In this document: positions 22,166-31,718 of the stretch, piece after piece
How the letters are laid out: every line of letters starts with the position of its first letter
How positions within the stretch are numbered: the first letter of the stretch is position 1
Origin: Cyanobacteriota bacterium
Lineage (GTDB): Bacteria; Cyanobacteriota; Vampirovibrionia; JBFMGH01
Direction of reading: 5' to 3'
DNA: 64,000 bases
NCBI GenBank assembly: GCA_040752795.1
Contig: JBFMGH010000608.1
Span: 22,209-86,208, forward strand
The notes under the pieces: generated by a model
The model's database searches: none
What the model was told of the DNA's origin: nothing
Seen by the model: only the letters and a program-made list of their open reading frames with translations
Program-made: the position numbers and the translations under genes

Positions 22166-22644
22166 CTACCCTTTAATTTTTTACTTACTTACTATTCATT
22201 TAGCTTAAGATATATTACTACAAATTAACTTGTGTTAATAATCTGGCATTGAGACACATATATTTCCTACGGAAATTTTTTAATATCAGTTTTTTCAGCC
22301 ATTATTTAAAAATAATAAGCAAAATACAGCCGTTTCAATAATTATTAATATTTAATTTTCTTAAGCTTAATGATATATAATAACTTTACATTTGAAACTT
22401 TTTAATAGATAATTAACTGCGAAAAATTTAATAACCTAAAACTTAGCCCTGACTGTATTAGAAAAGCTTTTGTATCACTCTTAAATTTTAAGTTATATAA
22501 AAAAGATAATAAAAATAAATACCTTAAATATGTTGTGATATAAAGACCTGCTGAAAAATGTAACTGATTTTACTTATTATGAAAAAGAAATGCCATGTTT
22601 GTATTGACAATGCACTCATGGGTAGTTAAAATAAAAAGTAGTAT

Positions 22645-22716
22645 TGGGGCGTGGCCAAGCGGTAAGGCAGCTGGTTTTGGTCCAGCCATTCAGAGGTTCG
22701 AATCCTTTCGCCCCAG
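22645..22716 (+). tRNA. tRNA-Gln (anticodon TTG)
   Basis: 72-nt cloverleaf. The acceptor arm is TGGGGCG/CGCCCCA, the D-arm is GCC-AAGCGGTAA-GGC, and the anticodon stem GCTGG/CCAGC carries loop TTTTGGT. The T-arm is AGAGG-TTCGAAT-CCTTT. It closely resembles E. coli tRNA-Gln. No CCA is encoded. Confidence 0.85.
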
Positions 22717-22750
22717 TATCTTTTTTTATCTAGAGAGGAAGTTGGAAGAA

Positions 22751-23365
22751 ATGTCTACAATTATTCCGGAAATACAAGTAACAGATAGAGATAAATCTGT
22801 TAATCCTAGGATGTTAAGGCGTGAAGGTAGGTTGCCAGCTACTGTTTATGGTGGCAGGGTGGACCCAGTTTCTATAGATTTAGACAAGAAGAACTTTACG
22901 TATTTGTACTATAACCAGTTCCTTAATCTGGTAACCCTTAATAAGGGTAATAACAGGTTAAGTGCTCTTGTTAAAAACGTTCACATAGATCCTATATCAG
23001 CAGAGCTTTTAAATGTAGAGTTTTTGCGTGTTAGTGATGACGAGAAGGTTACTCTTTCAGTGCCTATATTGTTAGAGGGAGAGGCTCCAGCCTTTAAAAA
23101 AGCTGCTACAATGCTTCAGTTGATGGATGAGGTTGAAGTTCAATGCCTGCCCAAAAATATTCCGTCTATTCTTGTTGTTGATATGACAGCTGTGGTAGAT
23201 ATTGATACAACAGTAACTGTTGCTGATATTAAATATCCTGAGGGAGTCTTTACTACACTGCCTCCTGACACCCCTGTTCTAAGGGTTTCGCCTCCTAAGG
23301 GCACTGCTGCTGACGCTGAAGAAGGCCAGGGAGGAGAGTCTGCTTCTTCATCACAATCGGCATAA
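22751..23365 (+). CDS. rplY: Ribosomal protein L25 / general stress protein Ctc (long form)
   Basis: The track ORF starts at 22595 and runs through the tRNA. The true start is the ATG at 22751 (MSTIIPEIQV), preceded by a GGAAG SD. The L25 motif LRREGRLPATVYGG is present, and the protein has an acidic, Ser-rich C-terminal tail. Confidence 0.85.
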   Translation: MSTIIPEIQVTDRDKSVNPRMLRREGRLPATVYGGRVDPVSIDLDKKNFTYLYYNQFLNLVTLNKGNNRLSALVKNVHIDPISAELLNVEFLRVSDDEKVTLSVPILLEGEAPAFKKAATMLQLMDEVEVQCLPKNIPSILVVDMTAVVDIDTTVTVADIKYPEGVFTTLPPDTPVLRVSPPKGTAADAEEGQGGESASSSQSA

Positions 23366-23429
23366 AAAGCTTCAGAATAAATTTATAATGTTATATATAC
23401 CAGATTCCATTATTGAGGAGTCTGGTATT

Positions 23430-24179
23430 TTATGTGTTTTTTAAACCTAAAACAAACCGGAGATTACTTATAATATTATTGTTGAAAATTTTGTTACCAG
23501 CTCCATAGCCAACGCTGATTATTTTATCCATGTCTGGCATGGCAGTACAATCTTCTGCTATTGTGCTTAATATAGCTGCACCTGTAGGCGTTAAGCATTC
23601 CTCTTTTATATTGGGGTTATTTTTTATATGAATATTATGATCTTTTAAAATTTGAAGGGTAGCAGGCGCAGGTATTGGTATATATCCATGCTGACAGTAG
23701 GCTTCACCAGAGCCTACTGGTAATGGGCTGATCGAGCAAATGTCAATATTTAGTGAGTTATAGCAAATACTAAATCCTACTATATCTATTATAGAATCTA
23801 TTGCTCCTATTTCATGAAAGTGAATGTCATCTATTGATTTGTTATGAATGTGTGCTTCTGCTTTTGCAAGTTTATAGAATATTTTTTTTGACAACTCTTT
23901 TGCTTTATTGTCTATATTAGAGCATTCTATTATATTACAAATACTTTTATAGCTTCTGTGATGGTTATCTAAGGTGTTGATAGATATGTCTATCTTGCAT
24001 GTGTTGATAGAACTTCTGTTAACATATGTTTTTTCAATTTTAAATGAATCGTTAGGGAGATCCAACTTAGCAAGTTCTTTTTTAAACCAGTCAAAATTAA
24101 TAGCATTATCAAGTAAAGCCCCTAATAACATGTCTCCGCTGGCCCCTGAATAGCAGTCAAAATAAGCGATGGTGATCAT
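23430..24179 (-). CDS. larC: LarC-family (DUF111) nickel-insertion protein, N-terminal domain only
   Basis: The protein begins MITIAYFDCYSGASGDMLLGALLD, the hallmark LarC/DUF111 N-terminus. It starts at the ATG at 24179 behind a GAGGT SD (the track ORF starts at 24218). It is about 249 aa, whereas full-length LarC is about 400 aa, so the C-terminal CTP-binding domain is absent. Confidence 0.6.
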   Translation of the reverse strand: MITIAYFDCYSGASGDMLLGALLDNAINFDWFKKELAKLDLPNDSFKIEKTYVNRSSINTCKIDISINTLDNHHRSYKSICNIIECSNIDNKAKELSKKIFYKLAKAEAHIHNKSIDDIHFHEIGAIDSIIDIVGFSICYNSLNIDICSISPLPVGSGEAYCQHGYIPIPAPATLQILKDHNIHIKNNPNIKEECLTPTGAAILSTIAEDCTAMPDMDKIISVGYGAGNKIFNNNIISNLRFVLGLKNT

Positions 24180-24418
24180 TTTATAATACCTCTGAAAGAA
24201 CCACTTTTTATGAAGCAATTTTAATTGAAAAACTTTTTAATCAAAAATAAAAATTTTAGCATTTTGATTCAATGATCTTATTTTACTTATTATCAACTAA
24301 GAAGTAGCATTCTATATGCTTTTTAAATAGGATAATATTTAGCAAATAATTTTATTTTGTGGTTAAACTGTATTGTAAATAGTTTTATGTTGATAAAAAT
24401 TCAAGAAAGGTTAAATAA

Positions 24419-24727
24419 ATGCCTGATCAAACAAACTACCCAAGAATAACCCTGCAATGTCTTTGTGGTAATGAATTTAATGTTAACGTAATGCGAATGA
24501 AAAATAGAGAACCTGTTTTATGTCAGGTTTGTGGGCAGGTTTTTTCAGAAGAACTCGGTGAAAAGTTTGCACAGGCATTCGAAGATCTTTACAAGGTCAA
24601 ATACCAAATAGATAAAGATGGTAATCCTTTTAAATATGCATTTGTTTACAAGTCGACATTTAATCAACCTCCGTCTCCATTCCCTGTAGGAAAGGAAGAG
24701 GAGGATAAAGCATCGGAAAAGGATTAA
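24419..24727 (+). CDS. Small Cys-containing hypothetical protein (possible zinc-ribbon)
   Basis: 102 aa. It has CLCGNEF ... CQVCGQVF cysteine pairs and an acidic C-terminus, and is followed by a terminator-like hairpin. Confidence 0.4.
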   Translation: MPDQTNYPRITLQCLCGNEFNVNVMRMKNREPVLCQVCGQVFSEELGEKFAQAFEDLYKVKYQIDKDGNPFKYAFVYKSTFNQPPSPFPVGKEEEDKASEKD

Positions 24728-24750
24728 ATATATAGCTTTTTAAACAAAGA

Positions 24751-24790
24751 AAAACCTTATCTTTACAAAAAGAAAGGTTTTACTTTTTAA
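24751..24790 (+). terminator. Rho-independent terminator-like hairpin after the small Cys protein
   Basis: The stem AAAACCTT ... AAGGTTTT is followed by ACTTTTTAAG. Confidence 0.4.
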
Positions 24791-24950
24791 GAGTGATTTT
24801 ATTTACAATATTAATGAGCTATTTTGCTAACATTGAAATATTTTTAAGTAAATGATTAAGAAATTGTGTATTTTGGTCTTTTTTGCAAGTTAAACCGTTA
24901 TAATGTTTCAAAATCATATAAAGTGACTGTAGGGAGCTAGGGATATTCAA

Positions 24951-25661
24951 ATGAGAGATAAAAAGAAGAAGCAAGAAAATAAAATGCCTGAAAATCAAAA
25001 GAAGGATGTATTAGAAGGAAACCCTTTTTATTGTAGCCCTCATGACAGGCCTGAGACTGTAAGTAAAGAGCCTGACGGTTCGAGCAATGCTGCAGAGGAA
25101 GAATCAACGGTGTTGAATGATTCTGATTTTGATAAAACCGGTCGTTTTGATGAAATAGAAAAAACTAATCAGCAATTAAAAAATGAGCTTGAAACTTTAA
25201 ATAACCAGTATGTTAGATTGGCTGCTGATTTTGATAATTTCCGAAAAAGGCAATCTCAAGAAAGACAAGATTTATCCAAGCTGATTACGGCAGATGTTAT
25301 TGAAAACTTTCTTCCTAGTTTTGATAGCCTTGATAAAGCCTATATTTCTTTTAAAGAGCTGGATGATGTTGAAAAATTAAAAGAAAGTTTTAATGTCCTG
25401 TATAGGCAAATGCAAGAGAGTATGATCAAAGTAAAGGTTGTTAAAATAAAAACAGCCGGAGAACTATTTGATCCAAACTATCATGAAGCTGTTATGCAGG
25501 AAGAAACAACAGAATACCCTGATAATGTTATTATGTTAGAGTTACAGCCTGGTTATATGGTAGATGATAAGGTAATAAGGCCTTCTATGGTTAAGGTAGC
25601 ATCTAATCCGGATGGTTGTGTTGCTCCAAACATGCAAGAACAAAATAAAAATGAAAGTTAA
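24951..25661 (+). CDS. grpE: Nucleotide exchange factor GrpE
   Basis: 236 aa. It has the GrpE signature RLAADFDNFRKRQSQER and a coiled coil plus beta-sheet C-terminus, and sits upstream of dnaJ. Confidence 0.9.
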   Translation: MRDKKKKQENKMPENQKKDVLEGNPFYCSPHDRPETVSKEPDGSSNAAEEESTVLNDSDFDKTGRFDEIEKTNQQLKNELETLNNQYVRLAADFDNFRKRQSQERQDLSKLITADVIENFLPSFDSLDKAYISFKELDDVEKLKESFNVLYRQMQESMIKVKVVKIKTAGELFDPNYHEAVMQEETTEYPDNVIMLELQPGYMVDDKVIRPSMVKVASNPDGCVAPNMQEQNKNES

Positions 25662-25707
25662 ACCTTTTTAATGGTAATTATATATAGTAAAAAGGTTATA
25701 TTGAGCG

Positions 25708-26853
25708 ATGGCAAAAAGAGATTATTATGAGGTTCTGGGCGTAAACAGAGAAGCCTCTCAGGACGAAATAAAAAAAGCATTTCGTTCTAAAGCCCGTGAA
25801 TATCACCCAGATGTTAATAAATCACCCGATGCAGAGTCTAAATTCAAGGAACTGGGTGAGGCTTATGAAGTTCTGAGTGATCAGGAAAGAAGAAGTATGT
25901 ATGATCGTTATGGTCATGAAGGTTTATCTGCATCAGGCTACCAGGGCTTTACAGGCTCTTTTGATTTTGGAGATTTCTCAGATATATTCAATGCTATTTT
26001 TGGAGACATGGGCCTAGGAGGCTTTGCGGGAACCAGGGCAAACCCAAATGCTCCTTCTAGAGGAAATGACCTAAGGCTTGATTTAGAAATCGACTTTAGT
26101 GATGCTGTTTTTGGAATCAAAAAAGATATTGAAATAGATCACCTTGAATCCTGTACTAATTGCAGAGGATCAGGAGTTAATCCGGGCTCTCAGCCAGTCA
26201 GATGCCCAACGTGTAATGGTGTGGGGCAAATAAGGCAATCTGTCAGGGTTCTTTTAGGGTCTTTTACTCAGGTTACAACATGTCCTGATTGTGGTGGAAA
26301 TGGGCAAAAAATTACTGATCCCTGTAGAGAGTGTTCAGGCCAGGGAAGAAAAGAAGTTTCTAAAGTTATTTCCATAACAATTCCAGCTGGTGTGGATAAT
26401 GGTGCAAAACTTCGTGTTAGTGGAGAAGGTGACGCAGGTAGAAATAGAGGTCCTAATGGAGATCTTTATATAGTTCTTCATGTGAGACCGCATGATCTTT
26501 TTAAAAGAGAAGGCGTTGATATTTATCTTGAACAGCCTATAACAATAACCCAGGCAGCTCTAGGAGATGTTAAAGAAGTCCCTAAAATTGATGGTGTTGA
26601 AAAGCTAAAAATTCATGCCGGTACACAAACAGGCTCTGTCTTGACAATAAAGGGTGCCGGGGTACCGTATTTAAATGATCCCAGGCGGAGAGGTAATCAG
26701 TATGTGCGTTTGATAGTGGTTACTCCAACACACCTTAATGATGAACAGAAAAAACTATTAAAACGTTTAGAAGAAATTGAAATGGAAAAATCTTCGAAAC
26801 ATCAAACTATTTTAGACAAATTTAAAGATGCCTTTACAGGAAGCGGGCACTAA
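25708..26853 (+). CDS. dnaJ: Chaperone DnaJ
   Basis: 381 aa. It has a J domain with HPD (YHPDVNK), a G/F-rich region and four CxxCxGxG zinc-finger repeats. Confidence 0.95.
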   Translation: MAKRDYYEVLGVNREASQDEIKKAFRSKAREYHPDVNKSPDAESKFKELGEAYEVLSDQERRSMYDRYGHEGLSASGYQGFTGSFDFGDFSDIFNAIFGDMGLGGFAGTRANPNAPSRGNDLRLDLEIDFSDAVFGIKKDIEIDHLESCTNCRGSGVNPGSQPVRCPTCNGVGQIRQSVRVLLGSFTQVTTCPDCGGNGQKITDPCRECSGQGRKEVSKVISITIPAGVDNGAKLRVSGEGDAGRNRGPNGDLYIVLHVRPHDLFKREGVDIYLEQPITITQAALGDVKEVPKIDGVEKLKIHAGTQTGSVLTIKGAGVPYLNDPRRRGNQYVRLIVVTPTHLNDEQKKLLKRLEEIEMEKSSKHQTILDKFKDAFTGSGH

Positions 26854-26888
26854 GTTATGCTTATTGAATTACGACGTTTTAGGAGGGT

Positions 26889-28583
26889 TTGTCCTTGGTC
26901 TTTAAAATAAATAGCTCGAAAGTTTTATTAACCATATTACTTTTTTTAACTTTGATAGTATCATTTAGTTTTAATATACAGCAGACAAAAGCAACAGATT
27001 TGCCAGATGGTGTTATTGAGTATGTTAAAAAGAACTATCCTGGTTGCAATATAAGGTTTGATGGTCTTGTAGAGTTAGAAGATGGAACACTTTATTTGCC
27101 AGTTCTTCCAGTTGTTTATGCAGAACATCAGGGCCCTGTAAGGGTCACTATGTCTGTTCCTGAGAATATAGATAAACCAGATTTAATTATCTTTTCTAAT
27201 AATTTGTCTTTATTAAAAATAATAACTAATGAAAAAGGAGAAAAAACAGTAATTTCCGGGTCACAAGTGCCATTAAAAGTAAAATTAGGTTTGTTGCCTC
27301 AGGATATGGTAGTGCCTGAAGGGTTTATTATACCATCTGACTTGAGTTCTATTCTTGGAGACTTGGTAATTCCTTCTGCTAAGTATGATTCTACTAATAT
27401 AATTATGACAGATAAAGTAGCAACAGATTCTGGAGATCAATCAAAACCACAAGTTAATAAAGTAGAAGATAAAAATACAGCTACACCAGTGCAAACAGAT
27501 AAAGTTATATCCCCTGATGCTGATACAACAAGTGTTCCAGAGGTAGAACCTTTAAAGCCAGCGGATAATGTAAATAATCAGGCTAAGCTTCCGGGTCTGA
27601 CAACAGATAGTCTCTTTGGGCTTAGCAATAGGTTGTTATATGTTATTAATATTGCTGGTACTGTTTTGTATGTTGTTGATCCTCAGTTGTCCAAGGTATC
27701 AGAGACTATAAATGTGGCTGCTCTGCCATTTAGCGGTGTCTTAAGCCCTGATAAAAAGCATTTGTATGTTATTTGTATGGCTGCAAATTCTATAGCGTCA
27801 ATCAACATAGATACCAATCAGTTAGAAAGTCTTATAAAAGTTGGTTTGAAACCTGTTGGCATTGCTCAGTCTCCTGATGGAAGTAAGATATATGTTACAA
27901 ATAGTGGTTCTGGCAATGTTAGTGTTATTGGTACAGAGTTCTTTGAAATAATTAATACCCTTGAAGTACAGGGTATGCCTGATGGTATTGTTCCTTCAAA
28001 TGATAATAAAAGCTTTTATATCTTTAATAGGTCTTCAGGTATTGTAAGTAAATGGGATTCTTTAAATTTTGAAAATAGGCAGTTTTTATTTATGGTAAAA
28101 AATCCATGTGCTATAGCGGTGGATTCTTCTGAGACAAAGTTATATGTTTCAAGTAGAACTGAAAATAATTTAATGGTGTATAATCTTAAAGAAAATAGAT
28201 ATGAAGGGGTTGTTAAAGTTGGAAAGAAACCGATAGATGTTAAGGTTTCTCACGATGGCACCCGTATTTATACACTGGATGCAGCAGATGATGCTATTAG
28301 TGTTATTGATGCAGGAAAGTTAGAGATCATTCAAACAATAGATCTTTCCTCTGGAGGGTTTCCTAGCTCAATAAATATGATTCCAAATGAAAATAAAGCT
28401 TTGATTACTAATGCTGAATCAGACAAGATTACTCTTGTAGATCTTGATAAATACGATGTTATTACTACTTTGCCTGTTGGGATTACTTCAAAATCTTTAG
28501 TTGTAGGGCCGACACCAGCTGAAAAAGTTAGGTATAAGATCAAGAAACAGCAGGAAGAGCAAGAAAAAAAAGAAGCTGAATAA
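26889..28583 (+). CDS. Secreted YVTN-type beta-propeller repeat protein
   Basis: 564 aa. It has a signal peptide and repeated motifs (LYV.N...VSVID, KIYVTNSGSGNVSVIG, RIYTLDAADDAISVID) typical of 40-residue YVTN propeller blades. Confidence 0.7.
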   Translation: MSLVFKINSSKVLLTILLFLTLIVSFSFNIQQTKATDLPDGVIEYVKKNYPGCNIRFDGLVELEDGTLYLPVLPVVYAEHQGPVRVTMSVPENIDKPDLIIFSNNLSLLKIITNEKGEKTVISGSQVPLKVKLGLLPQDMVVPEGFIIPSDLSSILGDLVIPSAKYDSTNIIMTDKVATDSGDQSKPQVNKVEDKNTATPVQTDKVISPDADTTSVPEVEPLKPADNVNNQAKLPGLTTDSLFGLSNRLLYVINIAGTVLYVVDPQLSKVSETINVAALPFSGVLSPDKKHLYVICMAANSIASINIDTNQLESLIKVGLKPVGIAQSPDGSKIYVTNSGSGNVSVIGTEFFEIINTLEVQGMPDGIVPSNDNKSFYIFNRSSGIVSKWDSLNFENRQFLFMVKNPCAIAVDSSETKLYVSSRTENNLMVYNLKENRYEGVVKVGKKPIDVKVSHDGTRIYTLDAADDAISVIDAGKLEIIQTIDLSSGGFPSSINMIPNENKALITNAESDKITLVDLDKYDVITTLPVGITSKSLVVGPTPAEKVRYKIKKQQEEQEKKEAE

Positions 28584-28682
28584 ACTGAATAATACATAAA
28601 GTTTGATGATTTTCATAGTTTTTTATTTTTTTTCAGTTTATAATTAGTAGTTGTTTATTATACAGCTTCCCAGATATATCTT

Positions 28683-29639
28683 ATGGATTACGAAGAGCTA
28701 CGTCAAAAAGAACTGGATAAAATTATCGAACGGATAATATCAGAAAGAGAATTTCCGGTCTCTCAACGATTGAAGTCTCTGGATAGTTTAGAAATTACTG
28801 TAGCAGGCAGTGTCTCGTATATTTTGTTGGAAGTTTTAAAAACAGAAGTTGATCCTAATGTCGTAATTCATATATCTAATATTCTTGCTAGAACAGGTGA
28901 TGAAGAAGTTGTAATGCCTCTGGTTGATATAGCTCTTGGCAATAGAGAGGTTCATGGTGGAGAAGATCCTTTAAAAGAAAACAAACAGCAATATGAGAAA
29001 GTTAGATGCGCTATAATAAAGTCTCTAGGAAGGCTTAAGGACGAGAAAGCAGTTATACCCTTAATGTATATGCTTAATGACAGGAACGAAAATTATAAAG
29101 TAAGGTTAAATGCTGCGGAGGCTCTAGGTCGTATAGGTGATACTTATGCTGTTAACCCTCTTATTAATCTTGTTGCTGATGAAAAAGAAGATTCTATATA
29201 TGTAAGAGAGTCTGCTGCAAGAGCATTAGGTATGCTTGGAGATGTTAGAGCTATTAAACCGCTTGTAAAAATACTAGAATCCAAGAGAGGTATCTTTGAT
29301 AAGTTTACATTTTTAAAAGAAAGAGCAATAGAAGCAATTGCCAAACTTGGAGGAGGTTCTGATAGAGATGCAATAAAGGCCTTAAAAGAATCACTTATTG
29401 ATGAGGCCCCCTCAGTTAGGCTTTCTGCAGTAGAAGCTATTTCTTCGATGGGAGACTCTTCGTTAATACCGATTTTAATTCCTATGGTCTATGATGAAGA
29501 AGAAGATGTCTCGAGAGAGTCTGTTAGGGCTATATACTCTCTTGAAGGCCATTTAGAGCTTGAAAAGCTTCTTAAGGATGATAGGCTTCCAGGATGGTCA
29601 AGAGATGAAATTGAAACTGTTTATAATGAGGAAGAGTGA
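28683..29639 (+). CDS. HEAT / PBS-lyase-like repeat protein
   Basis: 318 aa with repeated ARALGxLGDxxAIxPLxxxL units (AAEALGRIGDTYAVNPLINLV, ARALGMLGDVRAIKPLVKIL). Confidence 0.7.
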   Translation: MDYEELRQKELDKIIERIISEREFPVSQRLKSLDSLEITVAGSVSYILLEVLKTEVDPNVVIHISNILARTGDEEVVMPLVDIALGNREVHGGEDPLKENKQQYEKVRCAIIKSLGRLKDEKAVIPLMYMLNDRNENYKVRLNAAEALGRIGDTYAVNPLINLVADEKEDSIYVRESAARALGMLGDVRAIKPLVKILESKRGIFDKFTFLKERAIEAIAKLGGGSDRDAIKALKESLIDEAPSVRLSAVEAISSMGDSSLIPILIPMVYDEEEDVSRESVRAIYSLEGHLELEKLLKDDRLPGWSRDEIETVYNEEE

Positions 29640-30334
29640 TGGGTCAGAAGTCTGCTGTAGCTCTTTTGTCTGGTGGTCTAGATTCTGTAGTTAGTCTTTC
29701 TTTTTGCTTGAAAGAATGTGATGTTAAGTTTGTTGTTATTTTTAATTATGGTCAGAGATCATTTTCATCAGAGTATAAAGCTGTTAAGATTATATGTGAG
29801 TATTATGAGTTGTCTTTTAAAGTTGTAGAATTGCCATGGTTAGAAGAAATAACTACAACTTCTCTTGTGGATAAAGCTAAACAGGTTCCCAGATATACTC
29901 TTGAGGGTCTTGAATCTGATATAAAAGTTTTGAAGGAGTCTGCTAAATCTGTTTGGGTTCCAAATAGAAATGGTGTAATGTTAAATATAGCAGCTTCTTT
30001 TGCGGAATCTTTGCATTGTGATTATGTTATATTTGGGGCCAATGCAGAGGAAGCTGTAACATTTCCCGATAATTCCAATACATATGTAGAGAAATTAAAT
30101 GAATCCCTTTCTATTTCAACTTGTAATGCCGTTAAAATTTATGCACCGTTTGCAGAAAAGACAAAATCAGAGATAGTAGATTATGCAATAAAAAATAATG
30201 TTCCACTGGGTTTTTTGTGGAGCTGCTATTTTTCAGGAGAAAAGCATTGTGGAACATGTGAATCTTGTGTACGTCTAAAAAGAGCACTAAATAATAATAA
30301 TCAATCTGATGTATGGAGGGAAATTTCTGTATAA
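29636..30334 (+). CDS. queC: 7-cyano-7-deazaguanine synthase QueC
   Basis: 232 aa. It has the PP-loop LSGGLDS and the C-terminal Zn-binding cysteines CGTCESC. It overlaps the upstream HEAT gene by 4 nt. Confidence 0.85.
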   Translation: MMGQKSAVALLSGGLDSVVSLSFCLKECDVKFVVIFNYGQRSFSSEYKAVKIICEYYELSFKVVELPWLEEITTTSLVDKAKQVPRYTLEGLESDIKVLKESAKSVWVPNRNGVMLNIAASFAESLHCDYVIFGANAEEAVTFPDNSNTYVEKLNESLSISTCNAVKIYAPFAEKTKSEIVDYAIKNNVPLGFLWSCYFSGEKHCGTCESCVRLKRALNNNNQSDVWREISV

Positions 30335-30900
30335 TGCAATATAAATATATTGAAAATACCTGTATTAATTATACGGGTGAACAATTAAGATCACATTGGA
30401 TCTATGAAAAATTTGATATTTTAGGAGATGCAATAGTTGCTTTTACTGGTAAATGTGATGTTAGCTGTGATCACATGGTTGATTTAGAAGATGTAAAAAA
30501 TAATGATTTTATTTATTCTGAAAAAATGCTTCATTTTATTATTGAACATTTTCAGTTATCTTTAGAAGAGATTGTTTTGAGGCAGAGGTTATTTATTTGT
30601 ATTATTCAAGATTCTTTAAATGAAATATTAAGAGAAAATATAGTAGTAAGAAATGGCAATGATTTATATTATAAAGAGGCTAAATTATCTGTATCTATTG
30701 CAACAATTAGCCCTGTATCAGGCCTTGTTCATGTTGGAATTAATATTGATTCTAAAAATACTCCAGTAAAAGCAGCAGGATTGTTAAGTGAAATGAATGT
30801 AGAAAATATAAAGGACTTGGCTATTCAACTTGTAAAGCGTTATACTAATGAACATCAACAAATAAAGAAATCAATTTATAAAGTTAAACCTGTTAATTAA
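30334..30900 (+). CDS. Conserved hypothetical protein translationally coupled to queC
   Basis: An ATG overlaps the queC stop as TAATG (MQYKYIENT). An alternative upstream start lies at 30313. The protein is 188-195 aa, soluble, and has no motif I recognise. Confidence 0.4.
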   Translation: MQYKYIENTCINYTGEQLRSHWIYEKFDILGDAIVAFTGKCDVSCDHMVDLEDVKNNDFIYSEKMLHFIIEHFQLSLEEIVLRQRLFICIIQDSLNEILRENIVVRNGNDLYYKEAKLSVSIATISPVSGLVHVGINIDSKNTPVKAAGLLSEMNVENIKDLAIQLVKRYTNEHQQIKKSIYKVKPVN

Positions 30901-30935
30901 TTACTTACCATATAAAATCAGGAGAACCTTTTAAG

Positions 30936-31712
30936 ATGAATCCTAAATTATTAGTAGGTCTTTTGTTTATAGTAACCTTTGCGGTTTCGTTTATTATTTA
31001 TCTATTAGTAGTTAATATAATAACTCCTCATATAGATCTTTCATCAACAACTAAAAGTTCTATAGAAGTAGGCCCCGAACTAAACGAAGATACTTTCAAT
31101 AAAAGAAGAGAGGTTACAGCGGTTCAAGAGCTTCAAGAAAAAGCTATGCAGGACTCTGGAACTTATGAGACTGATATTTCAAGTATGTTAAAAGATTCTA
31201 GTGGTAATTATATTCCAGGGGACCAAGCAGGTGATTCGGATGAGAATCTTCCCGGTGTTTTAGATAATGATAATCCTGAAAAAATAAGTGTTCCTGGAGA
31301 GGAATCAGGGAGAGTTTCTACCACAACAACGACTAATTCTGTTGAAGATAGTTCTAATAATACAAATAACTCAAATTCCAGTGTTTCGGCAACTGGGGTT
31401 GTAAATGATCTGGGGACACCTGTTCTTGATAATTTTACTCCTGATAATAAAGTTAATACGGCAAGTGATAACCAGGGTGGTTCTAATAAGTCTGTTAGTA
31501 GGGTTGTTGTTGGCTCTTATTCATCTATAGATGAAGCTAAAAAAGCTTATGACAACATGGTTAAAACTGATATTGATGTAGCCCCAATAATAAAAGAAAT
31601 TGATGGAAATTATACATTGCAGGTAGGTGCTTTTACAGATAAGCAAAAAGCACAAAACATGGCAGATAAGCTTAAAGATAAAAATTATTCAGCAACTATA
31701 AAGAGTGAATAA
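30936..31712 (+). CDS. SPOR-domain septal peptidoglycan-binding protein
   Basis: 258 aa. An N-terminal TM anchor is followed by an S/T/N-rich linker and a C-terminal SPOR fold (VVVGSYSSIDEAKKAY ... YTLQVGAFTDKQKAQNMADKLK). Confidence 0.7.
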   Translation: MNPKLLVGLLFIVTFAVSFIIYLLVVNIITPHIDLSSTTKSSIEVGPELNEDTFNKRREVTAVQELQEKAMQDSGTYETDISSMLKDSSGNYIPGDQAGDSDENLPGVLDNDNPEKISVPGEESGRVSTTTTTNSVEDSSNNTNNSNSSVSATGVVNDLGTPVLDNFTPDNKVNTASDNQGGSNKSVSRVVVGSYSSIDEAKKAYDNMVKTDIDVAPIIKEIDGNYTLQVGAFTDKQKAQNMADKLKDKNYSATIKSE

Positions 31713-31718
31713 TTAAAC

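Noticed and set aside
22595-22750. 5' portion of the 256-aa track ORF (MFVLTMHSWVVKIKSSIGAWPSGKAAGFGP...)
   Set aside because: This stretch is the tRNA-Gln gene read in a protein frame. The real rplY start is the ATG at 22751 with its own SD.
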